From an uncultured Actinomycetes bacterium (GTDB taxonomy: Bacteria; Actinomycetota; Thermoleophilia; UBA2241), in contig CAVWIH010000017.1 in the NCBI GenBank assembly GCA_963755025.1, positions 54,078 through 118,077 of the forward strand: DNA of 64,000 nt, in the 5' to 3' direction. Positions 56,999 through 64,000 of the stretch are shown in pieces. A program made the translations under genes and the position numbers. Within the stretch, counting starts at the first letter, position 1; each line of letters starts with the position of its first letter. The notes beneath the pieces are model-generated. The model had not been told where the DNA came from. It did no database searches and was given only the letters and a program-made list of their open reading frames with translations.

Positions 56999-57637
56999 AT
57001 GACCGACCCACAGCGCGAAGTGCTCGCCACGGTGAAAGACAAGGTGGCCAATCCGGCGCCGTTGGGGCTCATGGCGTTCGGCATCACCACCGTGCTGCTC
57101 AACCTGAGCAACGCCGGCCTGTTCGGCATGAACACCATGATCCTCGCCATGGCCGTGTTCTACGGCGGCCTCGCCCAGGTCGTCGTGGCCCTGCAGGAGT
57201 ACAAGAAGAACAACGTCTTCGGGGCCACGGCTTTTGCCTCGTACGGCCTGTTCTGGCTGTCGTTCGTGGGCATGCTCGTGTTCCCCAGGTGGATGGGCAT
57301 CGCGCCGCCGACCACGACGGCCGTCGGCTGGTACCTGCTCGCCTGGGGTGTGTTCACCGGCCTCATGTTCGTGGCGACGCTGCGCATCACCGTGTCGCTG
57401 CAGGTGGTCTTCGGCAGTCTCACGGTCCTCTTCGTGCTGCTCGCCCTCTCGGCCTGGACGGGCAACGCCACGCTCGGCAAGGTCGCCGGGTGGGAGGGCG
57501 TGTTCGTGGGCCTGTCGGCCGTCTACGGCGCCGTCGCGCAGATCTGGAACGAGGTCTACGGCCGCGTCGTGCTGCCGCTCGGGCCCGTGTCCGTGTCGCA
57601 CCGCGTCAAAGTCATGCCGTCGACCAGCGGTCGCTAG
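56999..57637 (+). CDS. satP: Acetate transporter, SatP/GPR1/FUN34/YaaH family
   Basis: [29 protein letters not shown] motifs. Confidence 0.9.
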   Translation: MTDPQREVLATVKDKVANPAPLGLMAFGITTVLLNLSNAGLFGMNTMILAMAVFYGGLAQVVVALQEYKKNNVFGATAFASYGLFWLSFVGMLVFPRWMGIAPPTTTAVGWYLLAWGVFTGLMFVATLRITVSLQVVFGSLTVLFVLLALSAWTGNATLGKVAGWEGVFVGLSAVYGAVAQIWNEVYGRVVLPLGPVSVSHRVKVMPSTSGR

Positions 57638-57834
57638 CGCTCCCTGGCACAAACCGTTCGAGCCGTCCTTTACGAACGAGTCTCGCCGGAGCGGCTTGCG
57701 CTCGCCCGCGGGCCGGGTGCGCGGGGCGCCCGTTCCCGGTCGCAGGTATATCCTTACGCACAGGATGGAACGAGGGCGCGCGCGGTCGCGCGCGCCCCTG
57801 GTCACGAGCTGTTTCCGAACGACTGGAGGTCGCC

Positions 57835-59508
57835 ATGAGCGCCGTCGGATCTGACCGCGTCGTGCGTGCGCCGCGAGGCACGCAGTTGAGCTGCAAGAGC
57901 TGGCAGCAAGAAGGCGCGATGCGCATGCTGATGAACAACCTCGACCCCGAGGTCGCCGAGCGTCCCCAGGACCTCGTCGTCTACGGCGGGGCCGGCAAGG
58001 CGGCGCGCACGTGGGAGGCCTTCGATGCCATCGTCGCCACCCTCAAACGCCTCGAGAACGACGAGACCCTGCTCGTGCAGTCGGGCAAGCCGGTCGGCGT
58101 GTTCCAGACCCACGAGTGGGCGCCGCGCGTGCTCATCGCCAACGCCAACCTGGTGGGCGACTGGGACAACTGGGACGAGTTCCGCCGCCTGGACGCGCTG
58201 GGCCTCACGATGTACGGCCAGATGACGGCCGGCTCGTGGATCTACATCGGCACGCAGGGCATCCTGCAGGGCACCTATCAGACCTTCGCTTCGGCGGCCG
58301 AGATCCACTACGGCGCGGGGGCCGACCTTTCGGGTCGGCTCGTGCTCACCGCCGGCCTCGGCGGCATGGGCGGCGCGCAACCGCTGGCGGTGACCATGGC
58401 GGGCGGCGTGGCGCTGTGCGTCGAGGTCGACCCCGTGCGCATCAAGCGCCGCCTCGAGACCGGCTACGTCGACTGCTCGACCGAGTCGCTCGACGAGGCC
58501 TTGCGCTGGGCCGCGGCCGCCACCAACGGTCGCAAGCCGCTCTCGATCGGCCTGCTGGGCAACGCCGCCGACGTCTACCCCGAGCTCGTGCGGCGCGGCG
58601 TCGTGCCCGACCTGGTCACCGACCAGACCTCGGCTCACGACACCCTGAACGGCTACGTGCCCAACGGCATGACCCTGGGCGAGGCGCTCGAGCTGCGCCG
58701 CGCCGATCCCGCCGAGTACACGCGGCGCGCGGTCGCCTCGATCGTCGTGCACGTCGAGGCCATGGTCGCCCTGCAGAAGGCGGGCGCCAACGTCTTCGAC
58801 TACGGCAACAACATCCGCGGCGAGGCCAAGGCCGCCGGCTACGCCGACGCCTTCTCCTTCCAGGGCTTCGTGCCGCTCTACATCAGGCCGCTGTTCTGCC
58901 GCGGCAACGGGCCCTTCCGCTGGGCGGCGCTGTCGGGCGACCCCACCGACATCGCGCGCACCGACCGCGCCGTGCTCGAGACCTTCCCCGACAACGAGAT
59001 GGTCACCCGCTGGATCCGCATGGCCGCCGAGAAGGTCCACTTCCAGGGCCTGCCCTGCCGTATCTGCTGGCTCGAGTACGGCGAGCGCGCCAAGATGGGC
59101 GAGGTCTTCAACCGCCTCGTCGCCGACGGCGAGGTCAAAGCGCCCATCGTGATCGGCCGCGACCACCTCGACTCGGGCTCTGTCGCCTCGCCGTACCGCG
59201 AGACCGAGGCCATGCGCGACGGCTCCGACGCGATCGCCGACTGGCCCATCCTGAACGCCCTGCTGAACACCGCGGCCGGCGCCTCGTGGGTGAGCTTCCA
59301 CAACGGCGGCGGCGTGGGCATAGGCAAGTCGATGCACGCCGGCATGGTCGTGGTGGCCGACGGCTCCGACATGATGGCCGAGCGCGTGCACCGCGTGCTC
59401 ACCACCGACCCCGGCACGGGCGTCATGCGCCACGTCGACGCCGGTTACCCCGAAGCCATCGCCGCCGCCGCCGAGCTCGGCGTCGACGTGCCCATGGCGG
59501 GACAGTGA
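57835..59508 (+). CDS. hutU: Urocanate hydratase
   Basis: [44 protein letters not shown] motifs. Confidence 0.97.
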   Translation: MSAVGSDRVVRAPRGTQLSCKSWQQEGAMRMLMNNLDPEVAERPQDLVVYGGAGKAARTWEAFDAIVATLKRLENDETLLVQSGKPVGVFQTHEWAPRVLIANANLVGDWDNWDEFRRLDALGLTMYGQMTAGSWIYIGTQGILQGTYQTFASAAEIHYGAGADLSGRLVLTAGLGGMGGAQPLAVTMAGGVALCVEVDPVRIKRRLETGYVDCSTESLDEALRWAAAATNGRKPLSIGLLGNAADVYPELVRRGVVPDLVTDQTSAHDTLNGYVPNGMTLGEALELRRADPAEYTRRAVASIVVHVEAMVALQKAGANVFDYGNNIRGEAKAAGYADAFSFQGFVPLYIRPLFCRGNGPFRWAALSGDPTDIARTDRAVLETFPDNEMVTRWIRMAAEKVHFQGLPCRICWLEYGERAKMGEVFNRLVADGEVKAPIVIGRDHLDSGSVASPYRETEAMRDGSDAIADWPILNALLNTAAGASWVSFHNGGGVGIGKSMHAGMVVVADGSDMMAERVHRVLTTDPGTGVMRHVDAGYPEAIAAAAELGVDVPMAGQ

Positions 59509-60859
59509 GCGAGGGTACGGCCGCCCAGGGCTTCGAGCCGGGGCGCGGCGGGCCGTCGGGCGACTCGCGGGTGCAGGCCGACTTCGTCGTGCGCCGCGTG
59601 GGCGAGCTCGTGACGCTCGCCCCGGCGGCCGTGACGGCCGCCGGGGCCGACCCCGTGGCCGACGACGACGGCCTCGGCGTGCTGTGCGACGGCGCCCTCG
59701 CGGCGCGCGACGGGCGCATCGTCTGGGTGGGCCGCGAGGCGCAGCTCGGCGCGGCCGTCGAGCTGCTCGACGGCGGCGCCGAGCTCGACGCCGCCGGCGC
59801 CTGCGTGCTGCCCGGCTTCGTCGACGCCCATACTCACGCCGTGTTCGCCGGCTCGCGCGCCAACGAGTACGCGGCTCGCCTGGGCGGCGTGAGCTACGCC
59901 ACCATCCTGACCTCGGGCGGCGGCATCAACGCGACCGTCGCGGCGACGCGCGCGGCGAGCCTCGACGAGCTCGCCGCGACCACCCGCGAGCGCCTCGACT
60001 CGTTCCTCGCCCACGGCACCACCAGCCTCGAGGTCAAGAGCGGCTACGGGCTCTCCACCGAGCAAGAGGCGAAGATGCTGGCGGCGGCGGCGGCGGGTCA
60101 TCCGACCCGCCGCCGCCTCACCCTGCTCGGGGCGCACTTCACGCCGGCCGAGCTCGGCGGCCGCGACGACGAGTTCATCGACCTCGTCTGCGACGAGATG
60201 CTGCCGGCGCTGCGCGGCCGCGCCGACTTCGTCGACGTCTTCTGCGACGAGGGCGCCTTCACCGTGCCCCAGTCGCGGCGCGTGCTGAAGGCGGGGAAGA
60301 GCTTGGGATTCGGCCTCAAGATCCACGCCGACGAGCTCGCCCGCTCGGGCGGCGGCCTGCTGGCCGCCGAGCTCGGCTGCGTCTCGGCCGACCACCTCGT
60401 GCACGCCACCTTCGAAGAGATCGCCGCGCTGCGCGCCGCCGGCGTCGTGGCCGTCGTGCTGCCCGGCACCAGCTTCACGCTTCATCAGGCCTACGCGCCC
60501 GCGCGCGAGATGCTCGCCGGCGGGCTCGAGGTGGCCCTGGCCACCGACTTCAACCCCGGCACCTGCTACTGCGAGAACATGCAGCAGATCGATCGCCCTG
60601 GCCTGCCAGGAGATGCGCTTGACGCCGGCCCAGGCGCTGCGCGCCGCCACGCTGGGCGGCGCCGCGGCGCATCGGCCTGCGCGACGAGGTCGGCAGCCTC
60701 GAGGTGGGCAAGTCGTGCGACCTGCTCGTGCTCGACGCCGACAGCCGCCACGAGCTGCCCTATCACTTTGGCGTGAACCTGGCGGCCGTGGTCGTCGCCG
60801 CCGGCTGCGCCGTGGCGCGCCGCGGCGTGCCCTGCTACTCCGACAAGGAGCCGTCGTGA
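59505..60859 (+). CDS. hutI: Imidazolonepropionase; frameshifts near 60590 and 60670
   Basis: [41 protein letters not shown] motifs. Confidence 0.92.
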
Positions 60860-61911
60860 CGCTCGTCGAGTGTGTCCCCAATTTCTCCGAGGGCCGCCGG
60901 CCCGAGGTCGTCGCCGAGATCGCCGGCGTGATCGCCGCCACGCCGGGGGTCACGCTGCTCGACACGCAGAGCGACGCGCACCACAACCGCTGCGTGATCA
61001 CCTTCGTGGGCGAGGCCGCGGCGGCGCAGGAGGGCGCCTTTCGCGCCATCGCCGCCGCCGCCCGCCTCATCGACCTCACCCGCCACGAGGGCGCCCACCC
61101 GCGCTTCGGCGCCACCGACGTGGTGCCGTTCGTGCCGGTGCGCGCCGACGACATGGCGGCCTGCGTCGAAGCGGCCCACAGGCTCGGCGCCCGGGTCGGC
61201 GCCGAGCTCGCCATCCCCGTCTACTTCTACGAAGACGCCGCGCGCCGCCCCGAGCGGCGCAACCTGGCCGACGTGCGTCGCGGCGAGTTCGAGGGCCTGC
61301 GCGAGGCCGATCGCCGCGACCCGTCGCGCGCCCCCGACGAAGGGCCCGCCGCGGTGCATCCGCAAGCCGGCGCCGTGGCCATCGGCGCACGGCCCGCGTT
61401 GATCGCCTACAACGTCAACCTGGACTCGACCGACCTCGAGCTGGCGCGGCGCATCGCCCGCGAGATCCGCGAGCGCGACGGCGGGCTGCCCTGCGTCAAG
61501 GCGATGGGCCTCGCCCTCGACGACGGCGTGCAGGTCTCGATGAACCTCACCGACTACCGCCGCACGTCGGTGCTCACCGCCTTCGAGGCGGTGCGCAGCC
61601 GCGCCGCCGCCGCGGGGGCCACGGTGCGCGAGAGCGAGGTCGTGGGGCTGCTGCCCGAGGACGCTCTGACCGCCCTCGCCCGCGAGGTGCTGGCCGCGCC
61701 GCAGCTCACCCGCGCCCAGGTGCTCGACGCCCGCATCCTCGACAACCTCCTCTCGCAGGAGACTGGCGCGACGAAGTCGCGCACGGCTGAGCGTCGACGG
61801 CGGGCCGCCCGGCGGCCTCAGTCACCGTGCGAACGCCGCCGGGGTCGTCGGTCCGCGCAGCGGCCCGGCGACCCCGTGCGACCGGCGGGCGCGCGCCCAT
61901 CCTGTGCGTGA
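60856..61911 (+). CDS. ftcD: Glutamate formimidoyltransferase (true 3' end probably near 61770)
   Basis: ECVPNFSEGRR, HNR, H.GAHPR.GATDVVPF, GAR..LIAYN, QVSMN motifs. Confidence 0.92.
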   Translation: MTLVECVPNFSEGRRPEVVAEIAGVIAATPGVTLLDTQSDAHHNRCVITFVGEAAAAQEGAFRAIAAAARLIDLTRHEGAHPRFGATDVVPFVPVRADDMAACVEAAHRLGARVGAELAIPVYFYEDAARRPERRNLADVRRGEFEGLREADRRDPSRAPDEGPAAVHPQAGAVAIGARPALIAYNVNLDSTDLELARRIAREIRERDGGLPCVKAMGLALDDGVQVSMNLTDYRRTSVLTAFEAVRSRAAAAGATVRESEVVGLLPEDALTALAREVLAAPQLTRAQVLDARILDNLLSQETGATKSRTAERRRRAARRPQSPCERRRGRRSAQRPGDPVRPAGARPSCA

Positions 61912-61946
61912 CGTTTTTCCGTCCGACCCCCTCTGTAGCATGCCAC

Positions 61947-61995
61947 TTGACACGAACATGTGTTCAGACCTAGAGTCCGTACGAACACACGTTCG
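61947..61995 (+). promoter_or_regulatory. lexA promoter with two SOS boxes
   Basis: TTGACA(61947)-N18-TAGAGT; CGAACATGTGTTCA at 61953-61966 and CGAACACACGTTCG at 61982-61995. Confidence 0.92.
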
Positions 61996-62011
61996 AGACA
62001 AGGGAGAGGGC

Positions 62012-62605
62012 GTGACTGGTCTCACCGCACGACAGGAACAGGTGCTTCGCTTCATCCGCGAGTTCACGCACGCCAACGGCTATCCGCCCACGGTGCGCGA
62101 GATCGGCGGCGAGCTCGAGCTGTCGTCGCCTTCCACGGTCCATGTGCATCTCGGCAACCTCGAACGGCTCGGCTTCATCCGCCGCGACCCCAGCAAGCCG
62201 CGGGCGCTCGAGCTGGTCGACGGGCCGCGGCCCTTGCGGCCCCTGCCGCTGGTCGGCCAGGTCGCCGCCGGCGTGCCCATCCTCGCCGAGCAGAACGTCG
62301 AGGATTACATCGAAGTCCCCGCCCTGCTGCGTCGCAGCGACGACGACTTCCTGCTGCGCGTCGAAGGCGACTCCATGATCGACGCGGGCATCCACAACGA
62401 CGACCTCATCGTGGTCCATCGCCAGGCGACCGCCGACAACGGCGACATCGTGGTGGCGCTGGTCGGCGACGAAGCCACCACCAAGCGCTTCTACCGCGAG
62501 CAGGGCCGCATCCGCCTGCAGCCCGCCAACGACCTCTACGAACCCATCATCCTGACCGACGTCGATCTCGTCGGCCGGGTCGTGGGGGTGCTGCGCAGGC
62601 TATGA
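62012..62605 (+). CDS. lexA: LexA repressor
   Basis: GYPPTVREIG, VAAG cleavage site, GDSM (Ser), TTKR (Lys). Confidence 0.97.
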   Translation: MTGLTARQEQVLRFIREFTHANGYPPTVREIGGELELSSPSTVHVHLGNLERLGFIRRDPSKPRALELVDGPRPLRPLPLVGQVAAGVPILAEQNVEDYIEVPALLRRSDDDFLLRVEGDSMIDAGIHNDDLIVVHRQATADNGDIVVALVGDEATTKRFYREQGRIRLQPANDLYEPIILTDVDLVGRVVGVLRRL

Positions 62606-62840
62606 GCCTCGTCGCCGTAGCCACACCCGTCCGCACGCTCGCCGACACGGTCGACGAACTCGTCGTGCTGGTCCGCAATCAGGCGGGCGGCTCGTGTGTG
62701 TGGTGCGGCTCGCGCGACCTCTGGGTCAACGCCCCCGGCGGCCCTGCCGCCGCCGGCGAGTGCCTCGTCGTCACGTGCCGCGACTGCGGCGCCGAACTCG
62801 CCACCGAACAAGTTTCACACCGGGGGGCCGATGGTCATGA
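62602..62840 (+). CDS. Small zinc-ribbon protein (CVWC...CRDC); probable 1-nt deletion near 62825
   Basis: ATGA overlap with lexA. Adding one base restores a TGA at 62838-62840 that overlaps the next ATG. Confidence 0.6.
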
Positions 62841-63268
62841 CCGACGCACCGAGCCGCATAGGTCGGGCCCTCGGCCCCTCGAACGGCGCCGTCGCTCCCG
62901 CCCGGGAGCCGGCGGCCCAGGCGCGCAGACGGTACCCCCCCGAACGGCGGCGGCACGCGGCCGCGCGTCGCCGCCGTCTGCGCGGCCTCAGCCGGCTGGC
63001 GCTGCTCGTCCTCGTCGTGGTGGCCGTCGTCGTGGCCTCGGTCTGGGTGGGCACGCGCATCGCCAACGCCTCCAGCAACCCGGCCGCCTTCACCGAGCAC
63101 ACCTACGTGGTGCGCGCCGGCGACACGCTCTGGAGCGTCGTCGGCAGGGCGTACCCGGGCAACCACGACCCTCGCGAGCTCGTCTTCCGCGTCGAACGCC
63201 GCAACCACCTGGCCTCCGCCGACATCCGCCCGGGGCAGGTGCTCACGCTGCCCATCGTCGCGGAGTAG
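62837..63268 (+). CDS. Membrane-anchored LysM protein (YneA/ChiZ-like SOS division inhibitor)
   Basis: Basic N-terminus, one TM helix, LysM motif YVVRAGDTLW...N.L...I.PGQ.L.LP. Confidence 0.8.
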   Translation: MTDAPSRIGRALGPSNGAVAPAREPAAQARRRYPPERRRHAAARRRRLRGLSRLALLVLVVVAVVVASVWVGTRIANASSNPAAFTEHTYVVRAGDTLWSVVGRAYPGNHDPRELVFRVERRNHLASADIRPGQVLTLPIVAE

Positions 63269-63378
63269 GCCCGGGGCACGGGGTCCGTGTCGCGCCAGAA
63301 GGGCGCGGCGTCGCAAAGGGTCACCCGGCCGGCTCGCACACCGTTCGCCTCGCCGCTCCGGCCGCGCCGCCCTTCCTG

Positions 63379-64000
63379 TCAGAGCCAGTGGCGGCGCTTG
63401 AACGACGCGTACAGGGCAACGGCGCTGGCCAGCATCAGGCCCAGGGCGTAGGGGTAGCCAAAGTGCCAGTTGCAGCTCCGGCATGCGCACAAAGTTCATG
63501 CCGTAAATGCTGGCGATCACCGTGGGCAGGGCAATGATGGCCGCCCAGGCGCTCACCTTCAGCACTACCTCGTTCATCGAGTTCGAGACCACCGACAGGT
63601 GCGCCTCGAGCGCCGCCGAGATCAGGTCGTGCGCCGTGTCCAGGTCTTCGGCTATGCGCACCACGTGGTCGTAGAGGTCGCGCACGTAGTCGTCGAGCTC
63701 GGCGGCCAGCACGGCTTCGTCGCGGCGCATGAGCACGTTCAGCACCTCGCGCAGCGGAGCCACCGCGCGCCGAAACAAAATGACGTCGCATCGCGCCTCA
63801 AAGGCTTCTTCGAGTCCGGTGCCGGTCGAGGCCTGCGGGCCGTACACCAGTCGCTCTTCGAGCGTCTCTACCCGGTCCTGCAGCTCGTCGACCGCCACAA
63901 AGTAGCCGTCGACCACGTGGTCGAGCAAGGCGTAGCCAAAGAAGCCGCCCGCGTAGTGAATGAGCTCCTGCTGGGCGTGGTCGAGGCGGTTGCGCAGCTC
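63379..64000 (-). CDS. corA: CorA-family Mg2+/Co2+ transporter (5' part outside window; frameshift near 63470)
   Basis: LDHVVDGYF, DLYDH, YGMNF..MPEL, W.FGYP motifs. Confidence 0.92.

Overview
Very GC-rich bacterial chromosomal window, most consistent with a deep-branching, probably anaerobic or facultative actinobacterium (Thermoleophilia-like; this is inference from GC content, GAAC-N4-GTTC SOS boxes and gene content). Central and cofactor metabolism: two transketolases, a tkt-tal-pgi-gnd-zwf-pgl pentose-phosphate operon, corrinoid salvage (cbiZ, cbiB) and an apparently fused NfnAB. Other core genes: RNase P RNA, AddAB-like and Lhr-Nei DNA repair genes, hutU-hutI-ftcD, and a lexA operon with SOS boxes. 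Amino-acid catabolism: a B12-dependent ornithine degradation operon (ord-ortA-ortB-oraS-oraE-glmL-like) and a second operon (ornithine racemase, arginine synthetase ArcE-like, ornithine carbamoyltransferase); both share an AT-rich 17-bp operator-like motif. The most novel element is a minus-strand operon at about 54.5-56.8 kb. It has a sigma28/WhiG-type promoter, two tandem 30-31 aa signal-peptide-like ORFs both ending AVASGAxxKWx (one absent from the ORF track), a multi-TM HD-GYP phosphodiesterase, and a DUF5317-like membrane protein with an LspA-like aspartate pair. Together these suggest an undescribed peptide-pheromone to c-di-GMP signalling system. Many genes carry single-base frameshifts, most likely long-read assembly errors. 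All family calls come from motif recognition by eye; no database searches were run.
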